Part shown: positions 10,355 to 20,359 of the stretch, piece after piece
Layout of the letters: each line of letters begins with the position of its first letter
Numbering within the stretch: the first letter of the stretch is position 1
NCBI GenBank assembly: GCA_048629905.1
Contig: JAIWHF010000003.1
Location: 1 to 34,831, forward strand
Source: Methanosarcinales archaeon
Lineage (GTDB): Bacteria > Chloroflexota > Anaerolineae > Anaerolineales > E44-bin32
DNA: 34,831 bases
Direction of reading: 5' to 3'
The notes under the pieces: model-generated
Database searches by the model: none
What the model was told of the DNA's origin: nothing
Seen by the model: only the letters and a program-made list of their open reading frames with translations
Made by a program: the position numbers and the translations under genes

Positions 10355-10993
10355 TTATCTCGAATAGTACTCAACAATCAATTGATCATTCAAGCTTGCA
10401 TCGATATCCGTTCGTTCCGGTGCAACGAGCATTTTTCCCGACAAGTCGCTCAAATCACGTTCCAGCCAAGCCGGGACCGTTTTTGGTTCAGCGATATCCG
10501 CCAAACCCTGAAAGAAGGTGCGTTTCCGTGAACCCTCTCGAACCTCGATTGCATCACCCGGTTGGACAAGCATGGAGGGGACATCCGTCCTCCTGCCATT
10601 GACGTTGAAATGCCCATGCGTCACCAGCATCCGAGCATGTGCACGACTTTCGGAATAACCCAGGCGATATACAACATTGTCTAGCCTGGTCTCTAGCATC
10701 TTTAGGAGGTTCTCTCCCGTGAGACCCCGCTGTTGGGCAGCCATTCGATAATATCGACGAAATTGCCGTTCCGTAACTCCATAGATGCGCCGCGTCTTTT
10801 GCTTCTCGCGTAACTGCCGGCTGTAATCCGATACTCGCCGGCGGCGCCATTGAGCATCACGTCCGTGCTCCCCTGGGGGGTAGCCGCGCCGCTCGAATGC
10901 ACATTTCGGTGTAAAACAGCGTTGTCCTTTGAGAAAGAGTTTTTCTCCCTCTCGGCGACAAAGCTTACAAACTGGTCCGATATACCTTGCCAT
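10355..10993 (-). CDS. rpsD: 30S ribosomal protein S4 (Zn-binding form)
   Basis: [16 protein letters not shown]...[22 protein letters not shown]. Confidence 0.98.
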   Translation of the reverse strand: MARYIGPVCKLCRREGEKLFLKGQRCFTPKCAFERRGYPPGEHGRDAQWRRRRVSDYSRQLREKQKTRRIYGVTERQFRRYYRMAAQQRGLTGENLLKMLETRLDNVVYRLGYSESRAHARMLVTHGHFNVNGRRTDVPSMLVQPGDAIEVREGSRKRTFFQGLADIAEPKTVPAWLERDLSDLSGKMLVAPERTDIDASLNDQLIVEYYSR

Positions 10994-11026
10994 AACGTTA
11001 TGATTCCTTCCTTATCTGGTTAACCC

Positions 11027-11428
11027 TTACACACGGCGCTTCTTGGGCGGCCGACAGCCATTATGCGGAATTGGCGTTGTGTCACTGATCGAACGGATCT
11101 TGACACCCTCCGCCATTAGCGCCCGAATAGCAGACTCACGACCAGGACCAGGTCCCTTGACATGGACATCAAGTTCCTGCAATCCAAGATCCTTTGCAGT
11201 TTTCATAACCGCTTTCGCGGCAAGCCCGGCTGCGTATGGGGTGCTCTTGCGCGACCCTTTAAAGCCCGCCGAACCCGCGCTCGCCCAAGCCACTGCATTC
11301 CCTTGTGTATCTGTTATCGTGATTATCGTGTTGTTAAAAGTCACGTGGATATGCGCTATCCCATGGGACAGTGTCCGCTTTTCCTTGCGCGACTTGCTAC
11401 GACGTGATCCCTCTGCTCTCTTTGCCAT
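11027..11428 (-). CDS. rpsK: 30S ribosomal protein S11
   Basis: [33 protein letters not shown]. Confidence 0.98.
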   Translation of the reverse strand: MAKRAEGSRRSKSRKEKRTLSHGIAHIHVTFNNTIITITDTQGNAVAWASAGSAGFKGSRKSTPYAAGLAAKAVMKTAKDLGLQELDVHVKGPGPGRESAIRALMAEGVKIRSISDTTPIPHNGCRPPKKRRV

Positions 11429-11559
11429 ACTTTTCCGCCTATCTCATTAGTCTCGAATTACTATTTCCCGGACACATAGAGGCAACACTCACAATTGGCA
11501 GCCGCTATGGATGGAAGGAAGCCATCAACCGCCAGAGTGTGCTCTAAAAACGAGCCGGT

Positions 11560-11949
11560 TTACTTCTTCACCGCTCCGCGCCGCCGTCCACGACCCGCAA
11601 CTGTTTTCTTCGGGCCTTTGCGTGTTCGCGCGTTTGTTCGCGTCCGCTGGCCATGAACGGGCAAATTCCGGCGATGGCGTAAGCCGCGGTAGCAGCCAAT
11701 TTCTATTAGCCGTTTAATATTCATCTGGACCTCTCGCCGGAGGTCGCCTTCGACGACAAGATTCTGCGAGATAAAATCGCGCAAACTTGTAACCTCTCCC
11801 TCGGTTAAATCACGCACTTTTCGATCCGGGTTGACACCCGCTGAGACAAGTGCATTGCGTGCCGTGGTTCGACCGATCCCATGGATGTAGGTCAATCCGA
11901 TTTCGACGCGCTTATTCCGAGGAAGATCAACACCTTCAATTCGTGCCAT
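11560..11949 (-). CDS. rpsM: 30S ribosomal protein S13
   Basis: [36 protein letters not shown]. Confidence 0.98.
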   Translation of the reverse strand: MARIEGVDLPRNKRVEIGLTYIHGIGRTTARNALVSAGVNPDRKVRDLTEGEVTSLRDFISQNLVVEGDLRREVQMNIKRLIEIGCYRGLRHRRNLPVHGQRTRTNARTRKGPKKTVAGRGRRRGAVKK

Positions 11950-11953
11950 AACT

Positions 11954-12067
11954 CTATCCCTGTCTTTGTTTGTGACGCGGATTATCGCAAATCACATAGA
12001 CTTTCCCACGCCGCTTTACGATTTTACATTTTGCGCAACGTTTCCGAACGGAAGAAGATACTTTCAT
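11954..12067 (-). CDS. rpmJ: 50S ribosomal protein L36 (Zn-binding form)
   Basis: Not in the ORF track. Manual translation [37 protein letters not shown] (37 aa), with AGGAG RBS. Confidence 0.97.
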   Translation of the reverse strand: MKVSSSVRKRCAKCKIVKRRGKVYVICDNPRHKQRQG

Positions 12068-12073
12068 CTTCGC

Positions 12074-12928
12074 TTACTCCTTTACTGCAACAGCCGGGTC
12101 TACACGGCCAGCAAAGTAATTATTATATCTAATCCACTCCCCCTCGTCTAGCTCTTCGTCCATTGCTGTTAGTATCCAAGGACCATTTTCTGTCACAGCA
12201 ACAGAGTGTTCAAAGTGGGCTGTTAGACGTCCATCTTTTGACGCTACTGTCCACTGATCGCTCAAAATGCGAGTTTCAAAGCTCCCGCTCATGACCATAG
12301 GTTCCAAAGCAATTGTCATCCCTGGCTTAAGCGGTACTCCACGACCTTTGCGACCATAGTTCGGAACCTGAGGTTCCTCGTGCATAGATCTACCAACTCC
12401 GTGCCCTGTGTACTCCCGAACGACTTGAAAACCATTGCCTTCAACATGGGCTTGAATAGCTTCAGAAACATCGCCCGTCAAATTCCCGGGGATCATTTTT
12501 TTGATCCCTTCGAATAACGCCTCGCGTGTGATCTGGAGGAGCTTTTGCGCTTCCTCTGCGATCTCCCCCACTCCAACAGTCAACGCAGAGTCGGCAACAA
12601 AGCCATCGTGGATCGTCCCGCAATCTATGCTTACGATATCCCCATCCTCTAAACGACGGTCCCCAGGAATTCCATGCACCAATTCATCGTTTATCGAAAT
12701 CGTTGTTTCGGCGGGATAAGGATACGCTCCCGCAACACCCACAAACGCTGGTACCGAACCGGATTTCTTGAGCACTTCTGCGGCGGCACGATTCACATCA
12801 GCAGTCGTAACGCCAGGGCGCACGACTTCGAGCGCTGCGGCCAGAGCTCGGGCGTTGATTTTCCCTGCCTCGCGCATCAATGCGAGCTCACGTGCGCTTT
12901 TCAAGACAATTCCCCGCTTCGATGTCAT
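12074..12928 (-). CDS. map: Methionine aminopeptidase type I
   Basis: SINDELVHGIP, DIVSIDCG, DSA, GHGVG..MHEEP, ALEPM, AHFEHSV. Confidence 0.97.
   Translation of the reverse strand: MTSKRGIVLKSARELALMREAGKINARALAAALEVVRPGVTTADVNRAAAEVLKKSGSVPAFVGVAGAYPYPAETTISINDELVHGIPGDRRLEDGDIVSIDCGTIHDGFVADSALTVGVGEIAEEAQKLLQITREALFEGIKKMIPGNLTGDVSEAIQAHVEGNGFQVVREYTGHGVGRSMHEEPQVPNYGRKGRGVPLKPGMTIALEPMVMSGSFETRILSDQWTVASKDGRLTAHFEHSVAVTENGPWILTAMDEELDEGEWIRYNNYFAGRVDPAVAVKE
12122..12150 (-). promoter_or_regulatory. Putative sigma70 promoter for rpmJ-rpsM-rpsK-rpsD-rpoA-rplQ, inside the map 3' end
   Basis: TAGACG (12150-12145), 17 nt spacer, TATAAT (12127-12122), about 55 nt upstream of the rpmJ ATG. 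Confidence 0.65.
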
Positions 12929-13068
12929 CCGTGAGTCCTCATCGACAGAACGATTCTTCGTGTATCCGTCATAGTGTCGATCATGATTCGTTCCGGGTTC
13001 AACTCACCCTTGTCGATAACCATCTCCGTCGCCTGGTCCAACTCTGTTTTGTTTGTAAGGTGCTCGAG
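12925..13068 (-). pseudogene. adk: Probable adenylate kinase remnant (NMP-binding region fragment)
   Basis: The secY-map spacer translates to LEHLTNKTELDQATEMVIDKGELNPERIMIDTMTDTRR..., resembling the Adk segment TELG..AK.YMDKGELVPD...I. It sits at the canonical adk position and has no P-loop. Confidence 0.65.
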
Positions 13069-14412
13069 CTAACGTACCAATACCGCCTGGTCATAGCCGC
13101 GCAGTTTAAGCTCAGCCTCGATTGAGCGATACAAATCTCGAACGACGCCAACCACGATCAGCAAACCAGAAGACGAAACCAGCAACAACCCCGTATTCGA
13201 ATCTCCCATGGGCCAGATCAGTCCCACCAAAAACGGCATAATTGCCACAATACCAAGGAAGAACGCGCCCACAAACGTGATCCGCCGCATCACGCGCGTC
13301 AGATAGCGCTGCGTGGCGGCGCCTTTTGTCACACCCGGGATCTGCGCACCGGATCGTTTCAGATTCTCGCCGTAATTCTGCTGCGAGAAGAGGACATCGG
13401 TGTAGAAGAAGGTAAAAGCCACAACCATCAGGAAGTATAGAATCCAGTAGATATCGCTGAAACCACCAAAGGTATTCTGAAGGAAAACAGCAATGTTCTG
13501 AATGATCTCATTCTCTGAGCCGATGAAAAACTGCGCCAAAACTGCAGGGAAAGTCAGGATCGATTGTGCAAAGATGATCGGGATCATGCCGGCCATGTTA
13601 ACCATCAATGGCAACGTTCCTTTAACAGGCATCGACATGCGATTTCCCACACGCCGTCCCGGGTACATTACAGGCACATTCCTACGCCCCTCCTGCACAT
13701 ACACAATGACAAAGATCGTCGTTAATGTTAGGAACACCAGGAAGATCGCCATCGGGATGACTTGCTGAAAATCGCCCGATAGCAGTTGAGCGACGTTGCT
13801 CGGGATTCGGGTGACGATTCCAGAGAAAATGATCAACGAAAGTCCCTGATTCTTGATCCCATACTCAGAGATGAGCTCTCCAAGCCAGATGGCGAACATC
13901 GTGCCCGCCGTCATCGTCAAGATGGTTGTGAGTGTGGCCATGTTTAATCCCAAAGGAGTATTGAGGATGCTTCCTCCCTGTCCAGTGGCGTACTGCTCGA
14001 AAAGCCGGATCTGACCTACAGCCTGCAGGGCCGCCATTGGCACCGCCAAATAGTATGTCCACTTTTCCTGCCATTTGCGCGCTTCTCGGGGGTCCTCTTC
14101 CATACGCCGCTGAAGCGCGGGGATGATGGGCACCAGAAGCTGCAGGATAATCTGCGCGGTGATATAGGGGTAGACACCCATGGCTAGAACCGAAAAGTTC
14201 GATACAGTTCCACCGGAAAGCAAGTCTAATAGGCCGAATAACGTCTGTCCTTGCCCAGAACCAGCCATCACACCTTCAATGGCTAAGCGGTTAATTCCCG
14301 GAACGGGAACGTGTGCCACAAATCGGTAGAGGATCAGCAGCCCTATCGAAATCAGGATTCGATTACGAATATCCGATGATATGAATAGAAAGCGCCACGC
14401 AGAGCGTCGCAT
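13069..14412 (-). CDS. secY: Preprotein translocase subunit SecY
   Basis: HVPVPGI, MGVYPYITAQII, WLGELISEYG, NMAGMIPIIFA, IPGV, LLIVVGV; about 10 TM helices. Confidence 0.98.
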   Translation of the reverse strand: MRRSAWRFLFISSDIRNRILISIGLLILYRFVAHVPVPGINRLAIEGVMAGSGQGQTLFGLLDLLSGGTVSNFSVLAMGVYPYITAQIILQLLVPIIPALQRRMEEDPREARKWQEKWTYYLAVPMAALQAVGQIRLFEQYATGQGGSILNTPLGLNMATLTTILTMTAGTMFAIWLGELISEYGIKNQGLSLIIFSGIVTRIPSNVAQLLSGDFQQVIPMAIFLVFLTLTTIFVIVYVQEGRRNVPVMYPGRRVGNRMSMPVKGTLPLMVNMAGMIPIIFAQSILTFPAVLAQFFIGSENEIIQNIAVFLQNTFGGFSDIYWILYFLMVVAFTFFYTDVLFSQQNYGENLKRSGAQIPGVTKGAATQRYLTRVMRRITFVGAFFLGIVAIMPFLVGLIWPMGDSNTGLLLVSSSGLLIVVGVVRDLYRSIEAELKLRGYDQAVLVR

Positions 14413-14438
14413 CCATTACTCCTTTTGGACCACTGATT

Positions 14439-14888
14439 TCATACCTCTAGCAGCTCGACCGTCCCACCCGCAGCTTCGATCTTTTTCTTTGCCCCTTGAG
14501 TGATTCGATGCACACGGATCTTCAACGGCACTTTGATCTCTCCGCGGCCTAATAAAACCACTGGCTTTCGCGCATCTCGCAGGATGCCAGCTTCGACAAG
14601 GCTATCCGGGGTAACTTCGGCGTCGGCTTTCAACTCCGACAGATTATCGAGATTCACCTCGTGCCAAACGATGCGATTGATATTGGTAAACCCTCTTTTG
14701 AATGGGAGACTGCGGTAGAAAGGCAGATTCCCACCCTGGTGATATAACTTCCCGCCGGACCCGGAGCGTGCACCATACCCCTTTACGCCGCGTCCCGCTG
14801 TTTTCCCTTGTCCAGCCGATATTCCCCGGCCGACCCGCTTGCGGCGCTTTGTAGCACCGTGGCGTGGTTGAAGATCGTGTAGTTTCAT
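14439..14888 (-). CDS. rplO: 50S ribosomal protein L15
   Basis: KRVGRGISAGQGKTAGRG, KIEAAGG. Confidence 0.98.
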   Translation of the reverse strand: MKLHDLQPRHGATKRRKRVGRGISAGQGKTAGRGVKGYGARSGSGGKLYHQGGNLPFYRSLPFKRGFTNINRIVWHEVNLDNLSELKADAEVTPDSLVEAGILRDARKPVVLLGRGEIKVPLKIRVHRITQGAKKKIEAAGGTVELLEV

Positions 14889-14894
14889 CGGTTG

Positions 14895-15092
14895 TTACTC
14901 CTCAACCTGTACCAGGTGTTGGATTTTCGTGATCATGCCGCGCACTGCTGGGTTGTCATTGTGCTCAACAGTTTGACGCAGCCGGCGCAATCCGAGGGCG
15001 CGAACGGTTCGCTTTTGTCGCTCAGAATACCCAATCGGGCTCTTCACCAATGTAATGCGCAAGGCTTTTCCCTTGCTTGCTCGTTTAGCCAT
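14895..15092 (-). CDS. rpmD: 50S ribosomal protein L30
   Basis: [31 protein letters not shown]. Confidence 0.97.
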   Translation of the reverse strand: MAKRASKGKALRITLVKSPIGYSERQKRTVRALGLRRLRQTVEHNDNPAVRGMITKIQHLVQVEE

Positions 15093-15621
15093 TGCGCTCT
15101 CGCTCCCAGAAGGGCATTAATTTTTCCCGATCCATACCCCGCTTTGCGGTCTCCTCCTCGATCCATTTTAGATCTTGGAGCCCTTTAATCGTCGCTCGAG
15201 CGACATTTAAGACATTCGCGCTGCCAAGAGACTTCGTTAGGATGTTTTGCACTCCTGCAGCCTGCAATACAGCACGCACCGCACCACCAGCAATCACTCC
15301 TGTACCTGGAGACGCGGGCTTTAGCATGACGAGCGCTCCACCGTGTTTCGAGTTAACCTGATGAGGTATCGTTGACCCCACAAGAGAGATCTGGCGCATA
15401 TTCTTACGTGCTTTCTCGCCTGCTTTACGGATGGCGTCCGGAACACCGCGCGCCTTTCCTACGCCGAGTCCCACCCGCCCCTTGTTATCACCCACAACAA
15501 CGGTAACGCGGAATGCAAAACGACGGCCACCCTTAACAACCTTGGCAACTCGGGAGATGTCAATTACTCGCTCGTCGAATTCATCACGATCGTCTTTACG
15601 ATCCCGAAAGTTTTTTCTCAC
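15085..15621 (-). CDS. rpsE: 30S ribosomal protein S5
   Basis: [24 protein letters not shown]. Confidence 0.98.
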   Translation of the reverse strand: MRKNFRDRKDDRDEFDERVIDISRVAKVVKGGRRFAFRVTVVVGDNKGRVGLGVGKARGVPDAIRKAGEKARKNMRQISLVGSTIPHQVNSKHGGALVMLKPASPGTGVIAGGAVRAVLQAAGVQNILTKSLGSANVLNVARATIKGLQDLKWIEEETAKRGMDREKLMPFWERERNG

Positions 15622-15640
15622 CGATCGCTCTCCTTATTCC

Positions 15641-16006
15641 TTAGAATTCAAGACCGGCTTCTCGAGCCGCCTCGGCTAGTGCCTTAATACGACCATGATA
15701 GCGGAAACCGCCACGGTCAAAGACAACTTCCTTAATGCCTTCTTTCTTCGCCTTTTTCGCCAGTTCCTGCCCTACCAAAGCGGCCTGTTCTGTTTTGCTC
15801 AAACTCTTCACCTTCGACCGAATACCCTGCTCTAAGGTGGAGACCGCTGTAATTGTGTGTCCACGCTCATCATCGATGACTTGTGCGTAGATCTGGTTTA
15901 AGCTCCGGAAGACGTTCAAACGCGGACGCCCAGCGGTTCCCGAGACCTTTTTCCGCACCCGACCATGGCGTCGTGTACGCTTCTTATTTCTGCTTTCTTT
16001 CGCCAT
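15641..16006 (-). CDS. rplR: 50S ribosomal protein L18
   Basis: [30 protein letters not shown]. Confidence 0.98.
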   Translation of the reverse strand: MAKESRNKKRTRRHGRVRKKVSGTAGRPRLNVFRSLNQIYAQVIDDERGHTITAVSTLEQGIRSKVKSLSKTEQAALVGQELAKKAKKEGIKEVVFDRGGFRYHGRIKALAEAAREAGLEF

Positions 16007-16008
16007 AA

Positions 16009-16557
16009 TTACGCCATCACCTTACCGGCCTTACCGGCTTTACGACGGACATACTCGCCCTTATAACGGATTCCCTTACCTTTGTAAGGTTCCGGCGGGC
16101 GAATTTTGCGGATGTCTGCAGCAACCCGGCCGACCAATTCTTTGTCGATTCCCCTTACAATAATTGTTCGCGCACGCGTGTCTACCTCGAATTCAATGCC
16201 TTCAAGAGGCGGGACGCGCACGGGATGGGAGAAACCAACGTGTACGATGAGATCCTTCCCTTCGAGCTCCGGGCGATAACCTACTCCTTCAATCTGAAGG
16301 TTTTTTTCAAATCCCTCGCTCACACCCACAACCATATTGTTGATCAGGGAACGAGTAAGGCCATGAAATGCGCGCATCTGGGGCGCGTCCGAAGGTTTCT
16401 CGACCGTGATAACCCCATCTTCAAGCTTGATTAACATCTCCGGTCGAAACTCCCTCGTCAACTCACCCTTAGGGCCCTTGACACGGACTTTTGTATTGTT
16501 GATCTCTGCTTGTACGCCATCTGGGATGACAATTGGCATACGACCGATTCTCGACAC
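16009..16557 (-). CDS. rplF: 50S ribosomal protein L6
   Basis: GTG start (M)SRIGRMPI behind GGAGG; [13 protein letters not shown]. Confidence 0.97.
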   Translation of the reverse strand: MSRIGRMPIVIPDGVQAEINNTKVRVKGPKGELTREFRPEMLIKLEDGVITVEKPSDAPQMRAFHGLTRSLINNMVVGVSEGFEKNLQIEGVGYRPELEGKDLIVHVGFSHPVRVPPLEGIEFEVDTRARTIIVRGIDKELVGRVAADIRKIRPPEPYKGKGIRYKGEYVRRKAGKAGKVMA

Positions 16558-16697
16558 TTCAACCTCCATCCTTCATCATTCGAGGATTGCCTTCGCTCCA
16601 TATCCACCCCTGAAACTCCTTCTCTCGTTCCTGCCGAGTCCCATGGGGCTGGGGAGAATTTCCTCGAAGTGTGGGCATGATCTGGTACGCTTTTATG

Positions 16698-17111
16698 CTA
16701 CCAGACCTCGCATAATACCTCTCCGCCCACGCCAAGTTGACGAGCGCGAACTCCGGTTACTACACCTTTGGGTGTTGTTAGGATTGCGATTCCCAATCCT
16801 GATTGCACCCACGGAATCTCGCCCCGCCCGACATAAATACGGCGGCCAGGCTTACTTACTCGTTTCAATCCGGTGATTACCGGTTTTCTATCCCGGCGCT
16901 CACCAACATACTTGAGATTGATCCGCAGGGCATCCTGAGGTTTATCCTCAATAGACACCTGTTCGAACCCATCGATAAACCCTTCCTCAACGAGGATTTT
17001 AGCTAACGCTACTTTTATCTTAGAGCTCGGGATCGATACGTTCTGATTCCCCGCCATTACGGCGTTACGGATCCGAGTTAAAAAATCAGCAATAGGATCT
17101 GAGACACTCAT
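16698..17111 (-). CDS. rpsH: 30S ribosomal protein S8
   Basis: [30 protein letters not shown]. Confidence 0.98.
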   Translation of the reverse strand: MSVSDPIADFLTRIRNAVMAGNQNVSIPSSKIKVALAKILVEEGFIDGFEQVSIEDKPQDALRINLKYVGERRDRKPVITGLKRVSKPGRRIYVGRGEIPWVQSGLGIAILTTPKGVVTGVRARQLGVGGEVLCEVW

Positions 17112-17133
17112 TAAAACCTCTCTCGACCAATTC

Positions 17134-17316
17134 TTACCAGGATGACTTCACGAGCCCTGGAATCTTACCTTCCAGCGCTTGTTCGCGAAGACAAATACGG
17201 CATAGCTGAAAACGGCGGTAATAACCACGCGGCCGACCACAAATGCGGCAGCGATTGCGCACCCGGACCTTATACTTCCTGCGGGTTTCCCGTATCGGCA
17301 TACATGTCTTAGCCAT
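17134..17316 (-). CDS. rpsN: 30S ribosomal protein S14 type Z (Zn-binding)
   Basis: True start MAKTCM at ATG 17316; [24 protein letters not shown]; 60 aa. Confidence 0.97.
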   Translation of the reverse strand: MAKTCMPIRETRRKYKVRVRNRCRICGRPRGYYRRFQLCRICLREQALEGKIPGLVKSSW

Positions 17317-17866
17317 AAACATCGCCTTTCCCAAATGGCATTCCGAGTAATTGCAGCAGTCGGCGCCCAAGCTCATCATTCGGTGCCGTTGTGACAAACG
17401 TGACCTCAAAACCACGAACCTTGTCGATTTTGTCGTATGCGATCTCCGGAAAGATCAATTGCTCACGGATGCCAACTGTGTAGTTACCCCTACCATCAAA
17501 ACTGTTGGGGGATACGCCGCGAAAGTCACGTGTTCGTGGCATCGCAACGTTGACCAACCGATCGAAGAAGGACCACATACGTTCCCCTCGAAGGGTTACC
17601 TTTACGCCGATCGAACTCCCCTCGCGCAGCTTGAAGTTCGCAATGCTCTTGCGCGCCTTGGTTACAACAGGCTGTTGGCCGGTGATGATCGTTATATCGC
17701 CGACTGCAGCGTCAAGAGCTTTCGCGTTGTCAATCGCCTCACCGACACCGACATTTACTACAATCTTTTCAAGCTTGGGAACCATCATCGGGTTCTCAAG
17801 GTTGAATTCCTTCATCAGCGCCGGGAGAAATTCCTTTTTGAATTGTTCTTTTAGATGATGTGCCAT
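17309..17866 (-). CDS. rplE: 50S ribosomal protein L5
   Basis: [41 protein letters not shown]. Confidence 0.98.
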   Translation of the reverse strand: MAHHLKEQFKKEFLPALMKEFNLENPMMVPKLEKIVVNVGVGEAIDNAKALDAAVGDITIITGQQPVVTKARKSIANFKLREGSSIGVKVTLRGERMWSFFDRLVNVAMPRTRDFRGVSPNSFDGRGNYTVGIREQLIFPEIAYDKIDKVRGFEVTFVTTAPNDELGRRLLQLLGMPFGKGDVYG

Positions 17867-17890
17867 TCCGTTATGGCTCCCTCTTCCTTT

Positions 17891-18223
17891 TTAGGCGTCG
17901 ACGACCGCGTCACACTTCTTGCAATACCGTTGAGCTTTGCCCTCTACCCGCCTAATTCCGATGCGTGTCGGCTGGTTACACTTCGGGCAGATCAACGATA
18001 CGTTCGAAATGTGGATCGGCGCTTCGAATTGAATAATTCCAGGGTTCATCGTCCGTCCACCAGCTTGAACCTGACGCTGATGTTTCTTGCGGATGTTAAC
18101 ACCCTGAACGACTACCCTCGCCTTAGCGGGTAAGATACGGATCACCTCTCCCTGTGTGCCCTTATCTCGACCACTCATAATCTTCACTTGGTCCCCTCGT
18201 TTGATTCTTAACGTCTGAGCCAC
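17891..18223 (-). CDS. rplX: 50S ribosomal protein L24
   Basis: GTG start at 18223 behind GGAGG; KOW motif IKRGDQV..SGRDKG; EAPIHISNV. Confidence 0.96.
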   Translation of the reverse strand: MAQTLRIKRGDQVKIMSGRDKGTQGEVIRILPAKARVVVQGVNIRKKHQRQVQAGGRTMNPGIIQFEAPIHISNVSLICPKCNQPTRIGIRRVEGKAQRYCKKCDAVVDA

Positions 18224-18236
18224 CGCAACAAGCCTC

Positions 18237-18608
18237 CTATAGGACTTCCGGCGCAAGAGAAACAATCTTCGTGAACCCCTTCTCGCGCAACTCTCTGGCA
18301 ACTGGACCAAAGATGCGAGTTCCCTTGGGGTTCCTGCCGTCGGTGTCCAGAATTACTACGGCATTGTCATCGAAGCGAATGTAGGAACCATCGTCTCGGC
18401 GGTACTCTTTTTTCGTCCTGACAATCACTGCTCGGACAATGTCACTCTTACTCACTGCTCCATGTGGAGTCGCCGTTTTAATCGTTCCAACAATAATATC
18501 GCCTACTCGGCCATAGCGTTTTTTTGAGCCGCCGAGGACTCGGATAACGAGCAGTTCCCGGCCGCCTGTATTATCAGCCACTTTGAGACGGCTTTCTTGC
18601 TGGATCAT
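18237..18608 (-). CDS. rplN: 50S ribosomal protein L14
   Basis: [34 protein letters not shown]. Confidence 0.98.
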   Translation of the reverse strand: MIQQESRLKVADNTGGRELLVIRVLGGSKKRYGRVGDIIVGTIKTATPHGAVSKSDIVRAVIVRTKKEYRRDDGSYIRFDDNAVVILDTDGRNPKGTRIFGPVARELREKGFTKIVSLAPEVL

Positions 18609-18916
18609 GCTTCCGCCTCCACGTCCACTTCATCCTGTGTTTCCACAGCGCTCACACTGGCTTCCAACTCGCTCTGGCGTTGAAGAATTTCCTCCACCAC
18701 CCAGCGTTTCCGCTTCGAAATTGGGCGGCTCTCGATCATTTTCACCTGGTCCCCAATGTGGCAACCCAGTTCATCATGGGCAAGATAATTTTTATTAGTG
18801 CGGAGCACCTTCCCATAAAGTGGATGTCGGGAGCTGCGGTCAATCCGTACGGTCACGGTCTTCTCCGATTTTATCCGTGTGACCACACCAATCAAGCGGC
18901 GTCGCGTATTGGTCAT
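18605..18916 (-). CDS. rpsQ: 30S ribosomal protein S17
   Basis: [21 protein letters not shown]; acidic C-terminal tail. Confidence 0.97.
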   Translation of the reverse strand: MTNTRRRLIGVVTRIKSEKTVTVRIDRSSRHPLYGKVLRTNKNYLAHDELGCHIGDQVKMIESRPISKRKRWVVEEILQRQSELEASVSAVETQDEVDVEAEA

Positions 18917-19128
18917 TTTTCACTTCCTTCGCTCTCGATTTCTAGCTCTCGTTCATGTAAAATCGTCGCAAGTCTCGCTATCTCCCTGCGGGCGATTTTC
19001 AAACGAGTGTGATCTGTCAATTGCCCTGTCGTAAACCGAAAGCGCAGCTTGAAATAATCCTCTCGAGCATCGTCGAGATAGGTTTGAATTTTTTCGGTGG
19101 ATGCCTTCCGGATTTCTACCGTTTTCAT
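18913..19128 (-). CDS. rpmC: 50S ribosomal protein L29
   Basis: FKLRF...GQL, RREIARLATIL; position between rplP and rpsQ. Confidence 0.95.
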   Translation of the reverse strand: MKTVEIRKASTEKIQTYLDDAREDYFKLRFRFTTGQLTDHTRLKIARREIARLATILHERELEIESEGSEK

Positions 19129-19131
19129 CGC

Positions 19132-19554
19132 TTAACCCCTCCCAAGTGAATCACGCGTGGTGAACTTGGTTTTAATCGAGAGTTTATGCGTGGCCAAGCG
19201 CATCGCTTCCTTGGCTGCTGCTTCGTCCAAACCAGAGAGTTCAAACATAATTCTGCCCGGCTTGACAACTGCCACCCAATGATCAACAGCGCCCTTCCCT
19301 TTGCCCATGCGTGTCTCGGCTGCTTTCTGCGTCACCGGTTTATCGGGGAAAATCCGAATCCATACTTTCCCGCGCCGGCGCATATATCGCACCAATGCCC
19401 TTCGGGCAGCCTCGATTTGACGTGCAGTCACCCAACCGGGTTCGAGCGCCTGCAAGCCATAATCGCCGAACGTGACTTCCGTCCCGCGGCTTGCTTTCCC
19501 TTTCATCCGCCCGCGCATTTGCTTTCTATGTTTAAATCGCTTTGGCATCAACAT
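19132..19554 (-). CDS. rplP: 50S ribosomal protein L16
   Basis: [28 protein letters not shown]. Start at ATG 19554 behind GAGGTG. Confidence 0.97.
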   Translation of the reverse strand: MLMPKRFKHRKQMRGRMKGKASRGTEVTFGDYGLQALEPGWVTARQIEAARRALVRYMRRRGKVWIRIFPDKPVTQKAAETRMGKGKGAVDHWVAVVKPGRIMFELSGLDEAAAKEAMRLATHKLSIKTKFTTRDSLGRG

Positions 19555-19587
19555 CGCCACACCTCATCGCTCAGGGAGCGAGATATC

Positions 19588-20259
19588 TCACTCGCTGACG
19601 TACACATCCATCGCTTCCGGTTCTTCTGCTTCCGGTAATATCTCGCCTTTATAAATCCAAACCTTGACCCCAATGCGGCCGTAGCTCGTCCCGGCCTCAA
19701 CGCGAGCAAAGTCTATGTCCGCTCGCAGCGTTTGCGCTGGAACACGTCCCTCACGCATCCACTCACGGCGAGCCATTTCATTGCCGCCTAGACGGCCCGA
19801 GCACATCACCTTAATGCCCTCAGCCCCTTGCCTCATTGTCTGCCCGATTGCCCGCTGCATCGCCCGGCGATGGCTTATGCGTCGCTCGAGCTGGTTAGCG
19901 ATGTTCTCTGCCACCAGGCGAGCATCGAGATCAGGTTCTTTGATTTCCGAAATATCGAGCTTTACGGTCGTGCCTGTCAATTCCTGAATCATGCGGCGCA
20001 GTTCCTTCACGTTCGCACCCTTCCGGCCGATGACAATCCCCGGTCGAGCCGTGTGAACGATGATCTGGACGCTGTTCGGGAAGCGCTCGATTTCAATTTT
20101 CGAAATGCCTGCCCGCGGCGTGGCTTTGAATATTACATTACGAATCTCACGATCCTCGTGCAATTGATCTGCATATTTATCTGGCGTTGCAAACCAACGG
20201 GAGTCCCAGGTTTTATTGATCTTCAGACGAAAACCTATTGGATGGACTTTGCGCCCCAT
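19588..20259 (-). CDS. rpsC: 30S ribosomal protein S3
   Basis: MGRKVHPIGFRL, RPGIVIGRKG, GRLGG.EMAR.EW, GVKVWIYKG. Confidence 0.98.
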   Translation of the reverse strand: MGRKVHPIGFRLKINKTWDSRWFATPDKYADQLHEDREIRNVIFKATPRAGISKIEIERFPNSVQIIVHTARPGIVIGRKGANVKELRRMIQELTGTTVKLDISEIKEPDLDARLVAENIANQLERRISHRRAMQRAIGQTMRQGAEGIKVMCSGRLGGNEMARREWMREGRVPAQTLRADIDFARVEAGTSYGRIGVKVWIYKGEILPEAEEPEAMDVYVSE

Positions 20260-20359
20260 ACTATCTCCTTTCGCTCAAATCCTTACTATTCTCCCCACCA
20301 CGAGCTGGATGTTTCTCAACGAGATTGCCTCCCGCTCCGTGGTCAGGCTTAGGAACTTC

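Noticed and set aside
13069-13071. Pyrrolysine or amber readthrough of secY into the 47-codon in-frame tail
   Set aside because: SecY ends at a normal position, there are no pyl genes in the window, and the tail is better explained as an adk relic.
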